Source: Antedon mediterranea
Taxonomy: Eukaryota > Animalia > Echinodermata
Reading direction: 5' to 3'
DNA: 64,000 bases
NCBI RefSeq assembly: GCF_964355755.1
Contig: NC_092670.1
Coordinates: forward strand, 11,518,795 to 11,582,794
Of the stretch, positions 1 to 12,800 are shown piece by piece. A program made the translations under genes and the position numbers. The notes under the pieces were generated by a model. That model had not been told where the DNA came from, did no database searches, and saw only the letters and a list, made by a program, of their open reading frames with translations. The stretch's first letter is position 1, and every line of letters starts with the position of its first letter.

Positions 1-2
1 TT

Positions 3-3000
3 AGACAGATTGGAAAACCAACATTCTTTCTTTCATTCTCAAGTGCTGATTTCCGTTGGAAAGAAATAATGACGACATTGCTAAGTCAGTCTGGAGACCA
101 AAGAAACATTGAAGAATTAGAATGGGCAGATAAATGTAATTTGTTGAAATCAAATCCAGTGACTGTTGCCAGAATGTTTGATAAACGCTTTCATACTTTT
201 TTGAAAAATGTAATTTTGTCTGAAGCACAGCCTATTGGTAAAGTCGTAGATTATTTTTACCGAATTGAATTTCAAATGAGAGGAAGTCCACATGTTCATA
301 TGTTAGTATGGGTTGAAAATGCTCCTATTTTTGGTACAGATAAAGATAATGAAGTTATTAATTTTGTCGATAAATATATTTCTTGTGCTGTGCCATGTGA
401 AACTGTAGATCCTGAACTGAATGAAATTGTTAAAAGTGTGCAAATTCACAGTAAAAGACATTCTAAATCATGTAAAAAAAAGGGAACAAATTGCAGATTT
501 AACTTTCCCAGACAACCTTCTGGAAATACATTTGTTATGAGACCTACAATTGTGGATAAAGACAATGATGATAATGATGACAATAAACAAGCAATGGAGC
601 TGTTAACCTCAGTAAAAGATGCTGTGACTAATGAAGAAACATATAAAAATGCAATAGAACTTTTCCAAAGTTTAGGTATTACACAGACTGCATTTGAGAA
701 AGCAAATAATTGTGTAGCTACTGAGGAAAAAATTGTTATAAAGAGAAACCCTCAAGATGTGTGGGTAAATCAATATAATCCTTCCTTATTGAGAGCATGG
801 AATGCTAATATGGATATTCAATATATTACAAATGTATATGCATGTATAATTTACGTTATAGGATATATGTCAAAATCTGAACGTGAAATGGGTTTACTGT
901 TAAATCATGCAGCATCAGAAGTAAAAGAAGGCAATGAAGATGCTAGGCAAAGTTTTCGAAAACTTGGTAATGTTTATATGAATAATCGAGAAGTGTCTGC
1001 ACAAGAAAGTATTTATCGTGTTTGTAGTTTAAGATTAAAAGAATGTTCAAGGAAAGTTGAATTTATCCCAGTAGGACCTAATCCTGTCAGAATGAGTTTA
1101 CCACTAAGTGTAATTAAAAACAAAGAAGATGATGATGTAAGTGCATGGTTGCCAAATAAGATCGACAAATATAAAGCTCGACCTAATAGTTCTGAATTTA
1201 ATAAAATGTGCCTTGCAAAATTTTGTTCGGAATATAGAATATTGAGTTCATCAGAAATGAAAGGAAACAAAAAAAAAAAGAATGTATTTCAGTTAAAAAA
1301 ACAGTTGGGATTCATCCAAAAAAGAACACGGACTAGTAATGCTATAGTAAGATACCCTCGATTTCCAATGGATACAGCACCTGAGAAATATTTTTTGAGT
1401 ATACTTCAGTTATTTCTACCAATTCGAAAAGATGAACAGTTAAAACCTCCAAATTTTGAAACGTATGAACAATTTCATGAGAAAGGATGTGTGAAATTAT
1501 GTGGCTGTCAATTACAAACGGTAAAGTCAATAGTTCATGGAAACATGGAACAATATGAAAAAAGTGCTGATGACGTTGAAGAAGCACAGGAATGTTTATC
1601 AAAATTTGGACCACAAGAAGATGCATGGAGCTTATTATGTCCAGAAAGCGAAAAAGAAAGGTTAGACAACCCAAAGCCAAATGTAGAGGTTGATGATGAA
1701 GAAGATGAATTTTTCATTCCAGATTTTGGAATTCAAAAAAATCATACATCTAAAGTAGAGTCTAATTCATCTAATATTCCAAGACCAGAATTGAACAAAA
1801 TGATTCGATCTTTAAATGAAAAACAACAACATATATTTTATAAGACAAGACAATGGTGTTTAGACAAAGTTAATGGTAAAAAACCTGAAGCATTTTACAC
1901 TTTCATAACTGGAGGTGCTGGTACAGGAAAAAGTCATTTGGTAAATTGTATTTATAATGAAGCGACACGTATTCTTGGAAAGATTATGGAAAATCCCGAT
2001 GATTTGTCAATATTGAAATTAGCTCCTACAGGAATCGCAGCATATGATATTAAAGGCCAAACAATTCATAGCGCTTTGTCTATACCGATTAATATTTCAC
2101 TTCCGTATCAACCACTTGGAGAAGAAAAAATAAGTGCACTTCGTAATAAATTGGGCCAGTTGCAAATTGTTATTATAGATGAAATATCAATGGTAAATCA
2201 AAGGTTACTTTGGTATATCCACGGACGATTAAGGCAAATAAAACAAGTACGCAACGATAGTCCATTTGGTAACATTTCAGTAATTGCTGTTGGTGATTTT
2301 TATCAGTTACCCCCGGTGATGGGCAGTTCGTTATATAAAGACACATTGGAAAGCTCACTGTGGATAGATAACTTTAAGCAAGTACAGTTAGATCAAATCA
2401 TGAGGCAAAAAGAGGATAAACAATTTGCTTTATTGTTAAACAAATTGCGTACAAAAGAAAAACATGATTGTTTGTCTGATAACGATTTATTAGTTCTAAA
2501 ATCACGTGAAACAGGTGAAGAATGTGAAGATGCTGTTCATATTTACCCACGCAACAAACAAGTTGATGAATGGAATAAAAAAATGTTGCACAAAACCTGT
2601 ACAGACATTGTATGCATTAAAGCAGAAGATAGTGTAGTAAATAGCAAGAAACAGAGCAAAAATTGTGACAAACCTCGGAATTCACGTCAAACTAGTTTAC
2701 TAAATTATTTGTGGATTGCAATTAATGCCAGAGTGATGTTGATTAAAAATGTAGATGTTAAAAAAGGCTTAACGAATGGATGTATGGGACATGTTGATGA
2801 AATAGTCAAACCTGATCATAACAACGGACCAGTATCTATTAAAGTAAAATTTGACAATAATGACATTGGTATTCAGGCAATTGAAATGTTTAAAGAATCT
2901 ATGGGAAAAAAATACAGTCGAAAACAATTTCCTCTCAAATTAGCATATGCATGCACAGTTCATAAAGTGCAAGGAATGACAATGGATAAAGCAGTGGTTT

Positions 3001-3842
3001 GCCTTAAAGATACTTTTACGCATGGTCAAGCATATGTAGGCCTCAGTCGTGTTACTTCAATAACTGGACTTACCATTGAAAATTTTAAACCTAGTCTGAT
3101 TTATTGTGATCCAAACATAAAGAAGTGCTTAAATAATATGGATTCATACGTACAATGTGATAAACAAGGTCATGATTCGGCTTCTAGATTTTCAATAATG
3201 TTACATAACATTCAAGGGCTTAAACAACATTTTGTTGATCTTCAGTGTAATGATTTGTTTATGAATTCTAATATCATATGTCTAACTGAAACATGGTTAA
3301 ACAAGGATGATGATGTTTTTGACGTACGCATTGAGCCGTATAAATTGTATCACCAAGCAAGGTATGATTCGTATTCTAATACAAATGATCTCAGTTCCAA
3401 AATAAAACATCAGGCTCATGGTGGCGTTGCAGTGTATGCCAAGAACACGTCTTCAAGTAGATTAAACATAGGTAATAATGATATAGAAGCAGTTTCATTT
3501 TTAATAACAAGTCCGATTTCTGTAGCCGTGTCAGTAATTTATCGACCCCCAAGTTATGATATTAATCAATTCTGTCAAAATTTGAGAAAACATTTGGAAG
3601 AGTTACATAAAATGAGCACAAAATGTATTGTAATGGGTGATTTTAATGAAAATCTTTTCAAACAATCTTCCAGAGTGAACAATTTAATGGCAGAGAATGA
3701 GTACAAACAACATGTTACATGTTCTACAACTGAAAACAATACATTGATTGATCATGTTTATAGCAAAGGTCTTGATTCAGTACAGACTGAAGTAATTCCA
3801 ATTTATTATAGCTATCATGAAGCCATTCAAATTAAATTTTAA
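3..3842 (+). CDS. Helentron Rep/helicase/endonuclease protein, 5'-partial (frame open from the window start)
   Basis: HUH Rep motifs KPTFFLSFSSAD (upstream of the listed ATG), YRIEFQMRGSPHVHMLVW and YVIGYMSKSE. PIF1 helicase motifs GGAGTGKS, IIDEISMV, GDFYQLPPV, AYACTVHKVQG and GQAYVGLSRV. C-terminal APE-like endonuclease motifs HNIQGL, CLTETWL, IYRPP, MGDFN, LIDHVY and SYHEAI. No stops or frameshifts. Confidence 0.95.
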   Translation, partial: RQIGKPTFFLSFSSADFRWKEIMTTLLSQSGDQRNIEELEWADKCNLLKSNPVTVARMFDKRFHTFLKNVILSEAQPIGKVVDYFYRIEFQMRGSPHVHMLVWVENAPIFGTDKDNEVINFVDKYISCAVPCETVDPELNEIVKSVQIHSKRHSKSCKKKGTNCRFNFPRQPSGNTFVMRPTIVDKDNDDNDDNKQAMELLTSVKDAVTNEETYKNAIELFQSLGITQTAFEKANNCVATEEKIVIKRNPQDVWVNQYNPSLLRAWNANMDIQYITNVYACIIYVIGYMSKSEREMGLLLNHAASEVKEGNEDARQSFRKLGNVYMNNREVSAQESIYRVCSLRLKECSRKVEFIPVGPNPVRMSLPLSVIKNKEDDDVSAWLPNKIDKYKARPNSSEFNKMCLAKFCSEYRILSSSEMKGNKKKKNVFQLKKQLGFIQKRTRTSNAIVRYPRFPMDTAPEKYFLSILQLFLPIRKDEQLKPPNFETYEQFHEKGCVKLCGCQLQTVKSIVHGNMEQYEKSADDVEEAQECLSKFGPQEDAWSLLCPESEKERLDNPKPNVEVDDEEDEFFIPDFGIQKNHTSKVESNSSNIPRPELNKMIRSLNEKQQHIFYKTRQWCLDKVNGKKPEAFYTFITGGAGTGKSHLVNCIYNEATRILGKIMENPDDLSILKLAPTGIAAYDIKGQTIHSALSIPINISLPYQPLGEEKISALRNKLGQLQIVIIDEISMVNQRLLWYIHGRLRQIKQVRNDSPFGNISVIAVGDFYQLPPVMGSSLYKDTLESSLWIDNFKQVQLDQIMRQKEDKQFALLLNKLRTKEKHDCLSDNDLLVLKSRETGEECEDAVHIYPRNKQVDEWNKKMLHKTCTDIVCIKAEDSVVNSKKQSKNCDKPRNSRQTSLLNYLWIAINARVMLIKNVDVKKGLTNGCMGHVDEIVKPDHNNGPVSIKVKFDNNDIGIQAIEMFKESMGKKYSRKQFPLKLAYACTVHKVQGMTMDKAVVCLKDTFTHGQAYVGLSRVTSITGLTIENFKPSLIYCDPNIKKCLNNMDSYVQCDKQGHDSASRFSIMLHNIQGLKQHFVDLQCNDLFMNSNIICLTETWLNKDDDVFDVRIEPYKLYHQARYDSYSNTNDLSSKIKHQAHGGVAVYAKNTSSSRLNIGNNDIEAVSFLITSPISVAVSVIYRPPSYDINQFCQNLRKHLEELHKMSTKCIVMGDFNENLFKQSSRVNNLMAENEYKQHVTCSTTENNTLIDHVYSKGLDSVQTEVIPIYYSYHEAIQIKF

Positions 3843-3976
3843 TTGCATCAATGGTTTTTAAGTATTTGAATTATATTTCTGTAAAAACTTTTTAGGAATT
3901 GAAAATAGAACTGGATACAAATTAAAAAAAACAATTCGATAAAAACAAGCTGAAAATCATTATGACCCTCTATACA

Positions 3977-5140
3977 CAAGAGGCAGCGAGTAATCTTTAA
4001 CTTCAACCATTGTCATTCTCCTGTATAGGAAAAACAATATCTGGTGTCTAAACACATTTTAATCTTGTTTTTATGTGTTATATTATTATAGATATTGTTC
4101 TGAATTTGAATATGCAATGTTGCAATCTCTGTACATAATAATCGTTCAATATCTACCAGTATTCAAGTAATGTTGAAAATAAAAAGTTACATTTCACAGA
4201 AGAATAAAATACGTTTTGTTTTATACGATTACCAATACTTCATTAGGTCTATACATAATTTCAGTTGTATAATTGTTTTTTATATTCTTTTTTTTTCTAT
4301 CCAGGTCCACATGAAATTACTAATACAGTAATTTACTCATTTGGAAAATAATAAATTTATTATCGATGCAAGAGGGGCAGCGAATAATCTGTAACTTCAA
4401 CCCATGTCATTCTCCTGTATAGGAGAAACAATATCTGGTGAGTAAACAAATTTTAATTTTGTTTTTATGTGAGTTATATTATTATAAAAATTGTTCTGAA
4501 TTTGAATATGCAATGTTGCAATCTTTGCACATAATAATCTTTCAATATCTACCGGTATTCAAGTAATGTTAAAAATAAAAAGTTCCATTTTACAGAAGAA
4601 AAAAATACGTTTTGTTTTATACGATTACCAATACTTCATTAGGTCTATACATAATTTCAGTTGTATAATTGTTTTTTATATTATTTTTTCTATCTATCCA
4701 GGTCCACATGAAATTACTAATACAGTAATTTACTCATGTGGAAGAATAATCAATTTATTATCTATGCAAGAGAGGCAGCGAATAATCTGTAACTTCAACC
4801 CATGTCATTCTCCTGTATAGGAGAAACAATATCTGGTGAGTAAACACATTTTAATCTTGTTTTTATGTGAGTTATATTATTATAGATATTGTTCTGAATT
4901 TGAATATGCAATGTTGCAATCTCTGCACATAATAATCTTTCAATATCTATCGGTATTCAAGTAATGTTAAAACTAAAAAGTTACATTTTACAGAAGAAGA
5001 AAATACGTTTTTTTTTATACGATTACCAATACTTCATTAGGTATATACATAATTCAGTATAATTGTTTTTTATTTTATTTGTTCTATCTATCCAGGTTCA
5101 CAGTAATTTTCTCATTTGCAAGAATAATCAATTTATTTTC
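3977..5140. repeat. ~395-bp tandem repeat, about 3 copies, downstream of the Helentron ORF
   Basis: The motif caagag(ag)gcagcgaataatctgtaacttcaacc recurs at ~3977, ~4368 and ~4767 with near-identical downstream sequence. Confidence 0.9.
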
Positions 5141-5719
5141 TTTTGGCTTTTAGGTGTTCAATAGAATGGTTTCATCTCTTCAATTATAATAGGATCCGGA
5201 TATTTATTCATTAATGCAGCTCTTTCATAGAAATTGTCTAAACGCGGCAAATGATTAAATTATTAATTGTATTAATGATTGTTAAAAATTAAGAATCTTC
5301 TATAAATAGATTAATAATATGCGTTTAATGAATCCAAATTAACATGTATATAATGTAGGAAGTAAAATTACTGATCACCAAATAAACTACTGTATAGTAT
5401 AAACAGCCTATTATAATTTTTAAAATTGTGTACAATTTGCAATAACCAATGAAAGCTTTAATAAATACATACATTTCATACTTATTATTTGTTTGAAATA
5501 AAAGATTATTTTTAACAGTTATGGTGTGATAATATTAGCTTTATCAGAAATATTTTATCTATTGGAGCAAGCTTCACTGGCAACTGAGATAAATGTCAGT
5601 AATCCATAAGATCAAATCACAGAGCAGAGGAGACAAGAAATTGTTATTATTATTATTCACACATGTAACTGGTTGTACTGTAGTATATTATGGTGTTTAG
5701 AACTGAAATTACGGGAGAA

Positions 5720-6810
5720 AACATTGTTTGATGTCATCAAAATGAAACATAAAAGTATGTCCATTTTCGGAAAATAATTCATTTCAATGAGCATAATTAA
5801 ATAATATAATATAAATAATAATTCTGAAAATTTGGCACGTACAACTGAGATGCGTATTATGTTGAAGTGATGAACTATGCCAAAAAACAAATAAAAATCC
5901 TACTTTTCCAATTACTGGCCATAGCATGACATCATAGCAATCCAATAAGAAAATTTTTATGACAGCATATTACAGAATACATTATATGTTATATAATTTA
6001 ATTATCCAAATAATTACATTAATACAAATTTAAAGAATTTTGGGAACGTTAACCTGAGATGCGCTCTATTTTAAACACGATTAATTTTTACGAAAGAGAT
6101 GAAAATCTGACTTTTTAAATTCAACCGGCCATATAATGACGTCATGAAATTAGATAGACAACATTTGTATATGACTTCATATCTACAATTCAACAATTTC
6201 CATAAGTTTTAATCACGTGGGTCACTTTGTTAACTCATGTGTGAAGGAAAATTGATTGATCAAGAACATTAAAACGCATTAGCGTGATGCGCACAGTTAA
6301 ATGGGATTAACTAATACAAAATAGAAAAAAAAATCTATTTTTAAAATTTGAGAGGCCATATGATGACGTCAGAACATCCTTTAGGTAAAATTTGTACATT
6401 AATTGATATCTACAACTCATTAGCTTCTACAATACATTTTTTAAAACGGGGTAAACTGCCATCTTGAGGAGCTAGAATTGAATCAAAATAGGTAAATTTT
6501 TGCACAAATTCGTATTATATTACCCTTTATTTAGCACACGATTTCTAAAGTTTAACATGCACGTGCATCGTTAATTTGCAATAAAAAGTCATGAAAATGA
6601 AAGAAATCGTGAACGTAGGCCTATGACCAACAAAAATCAATTGCAAAACACATTTTTCTACGCTTTGTACAAGCTGTGTGCACAAGTGCGTGCGCAAAAC
6701 ACAAACAATTTAGACAATTTTGAAATGCTCAAAATGACCTGAAATGTACGCAAATTAAATAGAAATTAATTTGGCGCATTTTAAAAATTCACTCGTAATC
6801 AAAAAAAAAT
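5720..6810. mobile_element. Diverged subterminal segment related to the 1.2-1.6-kb units (possibly the autonomous element's own subterminal region)
   Basis: Three copies of gatgcg..tatt...ggccata..atgacgtca and the tgaaatgctcaaaatgacctgaaa block shared with the downstream units. Confidence 0.6.
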
Positions 6811-6828
6811 AAATAAATAAATATAATA

Positions 6829-9800
6829 AACAAATTTGATTTAGGTTTTCCGCAGCGCAAACGCCACGTGCACGTCATACGTTAGAATATTGCACTCAGA
6901 AAAAACGATTATGCCATTGAAAAAATGTTAGTGCGCTCTCTATTTTGCGTCACGCCTAAGTATATACAGTATACACAATACTGTATACGTACTATATACA
7001 GTGAAGAATAGGTGAAAATAAGTGACCAAAGTTTTTAACGCTTTTGAACATGATGACGTCATCACAATTTTAAAAAAGGTGAATCATGCGAAAGGTAATT
7101 GATTGACCTAGACAATATAAAAAAATGGGAGAAAATGGAATACGGATAAGTGGAGATGCGCTCTATGTAATGTGTTGAGCTATGACGAAAGAGACAAAAA
7201 TCCTATATTTTATATTCGAGTGGCCATACAATGACGTCACAATGTCCGGTTAGCCATATTCATGGATGATTTGATATCTACAACTCATATACTTCCATAA
7301 TCTGCAATTTTAAAAAAGTTCACCACGTAGTTTAGAATCTATGACTCTTTTAAAAAAGGCATAATTTTCACGAATTTTTGAACTTTTTCATCAAAAATGC
7401 GCGCAAATTTTTCAATTCTACGTGCTCGTATGACGTGATTTTAAGTCGAAATTGTTTGAAAGTTGGTAAATCTACTAAAAAAAGACAGGAAAAACAAAAA
7501 TCAAGCCAAAAAATGATGTTTTTGCGTTACGTGTGCACGCGCGCGTAAAAAAATTGCGCACGTGTGGGAATTTTTGAAATGCTCAAAATGACATGAAACG
7601 CGTAGAAAGTTGATTAGAAGTTGATTTTTCGCATTTTGAAATTTTAAACGCGCGTGCGCGCGTAACTTTCTCTGCAACCTGCCATTTTTAATCGATAGAA
7701 AGTTTGCGCTTAATATGACTTAAATTTTCACCAAGTTTCAATACAAAATGACTTTTGGTTTTTAATCTATGATCAATAATTGAAATTCATAAAATCACGC
7801 GTAACTTATGCTGCGCAACTCGGACGGGACCGAAAACCTTATTACGACATCTTCAGATAGAGGTCAATCTTCTGATAAAGTTATACAATGTTATGTTAAG
7901 AAGATTTAGAGATACACGCGCAACAAAATTCTGGGAAAGAAAGAAGAAAAAAGAAAAACTAGATTTGAACTCGTCACTACGGACGAGTTAGGTTATCCGC
8001 ATCGCAAACGCCACGCGCACGCCACACGTTAGAATATTGCGCGCAGAAAAACGATTACGCCATTGAAAAAAAATTTAGTGCGCTCTCTATTTTGCGTCAC
8101 GTATAAGTATATACGGTATACGCTATATACTGTATAGGTACTACATACAGTGCAGAAAAGGTGAAAATAAGTGACCAAAGTTACTGACGCTTTTGCACAT
8201 GATGACGTCATAAAAATTTCAAAAAATGGTAAATCATGCGAAAGATAATTGACTGACCTAGACAATACAAAAAAATGGAAGGCAATGGAATACGGATAAG
8301 TGGAGATGCGCTCTATTAAATGTGATGAGCTATGACGAAAGAAACAAAAATCCTATATTTTATATTCGAGTGGCCATAAGATGACATCACAATGTCCGGT
8401 TAGCCATATCGATGCATGATTTGTTATCTACAACTCATCTACTTCCAGAATGTGTAATTTAAAAAAAGTTCACCACGTAGTTTAGAATCTATGACTTTTT
8501 AAAAAAAGGCATAATTTTCACGAATTTTTGAACTTTTTCATCAAAAACGCGCGCAAATTGTTCAATTCTACGTGCTCGTATGACGTGATTTTAAGTCAAA
8601 ATCCATTGAAAATTGGTAAATTTACTAGAAAAGGCTGAAAAAACAAAAATCAAGCAAAAAAAATATGTTTTTGCGCTACGTGCGCACGCGCGCGTAAAAA
8701 AATGCGCGCTGGTGGGAATTTTTGAAATGCTCAAAATGACCTGAAACGCGTAGAAAGTTGATTAGAAATTGATTTTTCGCAATTTGAAATTTGAAACGCG
8801 CGTGCGCGCGTAACTTTTTGCGCAATCTGCCATTTTTAATCTACAGAAAGTTTGCGCTTTATATGACTTAAATTTTCACCAAGTTTCAATACAAAATGAC
8901 TTTTGTTTTTTAATCTATGATCAATAATTGAAATTCATAAAATCGCGCGTAACTTACGCTGCGCGACTCGAAATTTGAAAAAAAAAGTTTCTTGCACATC
9001 TACAGATATAGGGCAATCTTTTGACAAAGTTATACAATCTTCTGTAGGCTAGAATTAGAGATACGCTGCCCACAAAAAATGGGAGAGAAGTGTGGAAAGA
9101 AAGAAATAAATACTAGATTTGAACTCGTCACTTCGGACGAGTTAGGTTATCCGCAGCGCAAAGGCCACGTGCACGTCATACGTTAGAATATTGCGCGCAG
9201 AAAAACGATTACGCCATTGAAATAATGTTAGTGCTCTCTCTATTTTGCGTCACGTCAAAGTATATACGGTATACACCATATTCTGTATACGTACTACATA
9301 CAGTGCAGAATAGGTGACAATAAGGGACCCAAGTTATTGACGTTTTTGGACATGATGACGTCATCACAATTTAAAAAATGGTAGATTATGCGAAAGATAA
9401 TTGATTGGCCTAGACAATATAACAAAATGGGGGGAAATGGAATACGGATAAGTGGCGATGCGCTCTATTAAATGTGATGAGCTATGCGAAAGAGACAAAA
9501 ATGCTATATTTTATATTCGAGTGGCCATACGATGACGTCACAATGTCCGGTTAGCCATATCGATGCATGATTTGATATTTACAACTCATCTACTTCCAGA
9601 ATCTGAAATTTTAAAAATTTTCACCTCGGAGTTTAGAATCTATGACTTTTTAAAAAAAGGCATAATTTTCACGAATTTTTGAACTTTTTCATCAAAAACG
9701 CGCGCAAATTGTTCAATTCTACGTGCTCGTATGACGTGATTTTAACTTGAAATTGTTTGAAAGTTGGTAAAATTACTAGAGAAGGTTGAAAAAACAAAAA

Positions 9801-12800
9801 TCAAGCAAAAAAAACATGTTTTTGCCTTACGTGCGCACGCGCGCATAAAAAAATTGCGCACTCGTGGGAATTTTTGAAATGCTCAAAATGGCATGAAACG
9901 CGTAGAAAGTTGAATAGAAATGAATTTTGCGCATTTTGAAATTTTGAACGCGCGTGCGCGCGTAACTTTATGTAAAACATGCCATTTTTAATCCATAGAA
10001 AGTTTGCGCATGATATAACTTAAATTTTCACCAAGTTTCAATACAAAATGACTTTTCGTTTTTAATCTATGATCAATCATTGAAATTCATAAAATTGCGC
10101 GTAACTTACGCTGCGCAACTCGAAAATCAACAAACAAAGTTTCTTGCACATCTACAGATATAGGTCAATCTTATGACAAAGTTATTCAATCATTTGTTAG
10201 CCAGAATTAGAGATATGCGACCAACAAAATTCGTGGAAAGAAAGAAGAAAAAAGAAAAAAAAGAAAAAAAAAAAAAAGATCCTGACAATAACAAGGGGTT
10301 ATCCGCCAAGAGCGGATAACCAACTAGATTTGAACTCGTCACTACGGACGAGTTAGGTTATCCGCATCGCAAACGCCACGTGCACGTCATACGTTGGAAT
10401 ATTGCGCGCAGAAAAACGATTATGCCATTGAAAAAATGTTAGTGCGCTCTCTATTTTGCGTCACGTCAAAGTATATACGGTATACACTGTATTCTGTATA
10501 CGTACTACATACAGTGCAGAATAGGTGAAAATAAATGACCCAAGTTATTGACGCTTTTGGACATGATGACGTCATCACAATTTAAAAAATGGTAGATCGT
10601 GCGAAAGATAATTGATTGGCCTAGACAATATAACAAAATGGCGGGAAATGGAATACGGATAAGTGGAGATGCGCTCTATTAAATGTGATGAGCTTTGCGA
10701 AAGAGACAAAAATCCTATATTTTATATTCGAATGGCCATAAGATGACGTCATAATGTCCGGTTAGCCATATCGATGCATGATTTGTTATCTACAACTCAT
10801 CTACTTCCAGAATCTGAAATTTAAAAAAAGTTCACCACGGAGTTTAGAATCTATGACTGTTTTAAAAAAGGCATAATTTTCACAAATTTTTGAACTTTTT
10901 CATCAAAAACGCGCGCGAATTGTTCAATTCTACGTGCTCGTATGACGTGATTTTAAGTCAAAATTATTTGAAAATTGGTAAATTTACTAGAAAAGGCTGA
11001 AAGAACAAAAATCAAGCAAAACAAATATGTTTTTGCCCTACGTGCGCACGCGCGCGTAAAAAAAATGCGCGCTCGTGGGAATTTTTGAAATGCTCAAAAT
11101 GACCTGAAACGCGTAGAAAGTTGAATAGAAGTTGATTTTTCGCATTTTAAAATTTTAAACGCGCGTGCGCGCGTAACTTTCTGCGCAACCTGCCATTTTT
11201 AATCCATAGAAAGTTTGCGGTTAATATGACTTAAATTTTCACTAAGTTTCAATACAAAATGACTTTTGGTTTTTAATCTATGATCAATAATTGAAATTCA
11301 TAAAATCACGCGTAACTTATGCTGCGCAGTTCGGACGGGACCGAAAACCTTATTACGACATCTTCAGATAGAGGTCAATCTTCTGATAAAGTTATACAAT
11401 GTTATGTTAAGAAGATTTAGAGATACACGCGCAACAAAATTCTGGGAAAGAAAGAAGAAAAAAGAAAAAAAAGAAAAAAAAAAAAAAAAAAAAGATCCTG
11501 ACAATAACAAGGGGTTATCCGCCAAGTGCGGATAACCAACTAGATTTGAACTCGTCACTACGGACGAGTTAGGTTATCCGCCTCGCAAAACCCACGCGCA
11601 TGACACCTAAGTTAGAATATTGCGCGCAGAAAAACGATTATGCCATTGAAAAAATGTTAGTGAGCCCTCTATTTTGTGTCGCGTCTAAGTGTGTACGGTA
11701 TACACTATATACTGTATACGTACTGCATACAGTGCAGAATAGGTGAAAATAAGTGACCAAAGTTATTGACGCATTTGAACATGATGACGTCATCACAATT
11801 TTAAAAATGGTGAATCATGCGAAAGATAATTGATTGATCTAGACAATATAAAAAAATTGAGTGAAATGGAATACGGATAAGTGGAGATGCGCTCTATTAA
11901 ATTTGACGAGCTATGACGAAAGAGAAAAAAATCTTATATTTTATATTCGGGTGGCCATACGATGACGTCACAATGTCCGGTTAGCCATATCAATGCATGA
12001 TTCGAGAAAAACAACTCATCTACTTCCAGAATATGTAATTTTAAAAAAGTTCACCACGTAGTTTAGAAGTTATGACAGTTTAAAAAAAGGTCTAATTTTG
12101 ACGATTTTTTGAAGTTTTTCATCAAAAACACGCGCAAATTATCCAATTCTACGTGCTCGTGTGACGTGATTATAAGTCGAAATTGATTGAAAATTTATAA
12201 ATTTACTAGAAAAGGCTGAAAAAATAAAAATCAAGCAAAAAAAAGATGTTTTTGCGCTACGTGCGCACGCGCGCGTAAAAAAATTGCGCACGCGTGGGAA
12301 TTTTTGAAATGCTCAAAATGACATGAAACGCATAGAAAGTTGATTAGAAATTGATTTATCGCATTTTGAAATTTTAAACGCGCGTGCGCGCGTAACTTTT
12401 TAAAACCATGCCATTTTTAATCCATAGAAAGTTTGCGCATGATATGACTTAAATTTTCACCAAGTTTCAATACAAAATGACTTTTGGTTTTTAATCTATG
12501 ATCAATCATTGAAATTCATAAAATCGAGCGTAACTTACGCTGCGCGACTCGAAAATCAAAAAACAAAGTTTCTTGCACATCTACAGATATAGTTCAATCT
12601 TATGACAAAGTTATACAATCATTTGTTAGCCAGAATTAGAGATATGCTTGCAACAAAATTCGTGGAAAGAAAGAAGAAAAAAGACTAGACATGTAACTCG
12701 TCACTTTGACGAGTTTGGTTATCCGCCGCGCAAGTGGTGCAACATTAACATTAAGGGGATAGGTTGAGGACAAAAGGAAGTGTTCACGTTGGCATTATGA

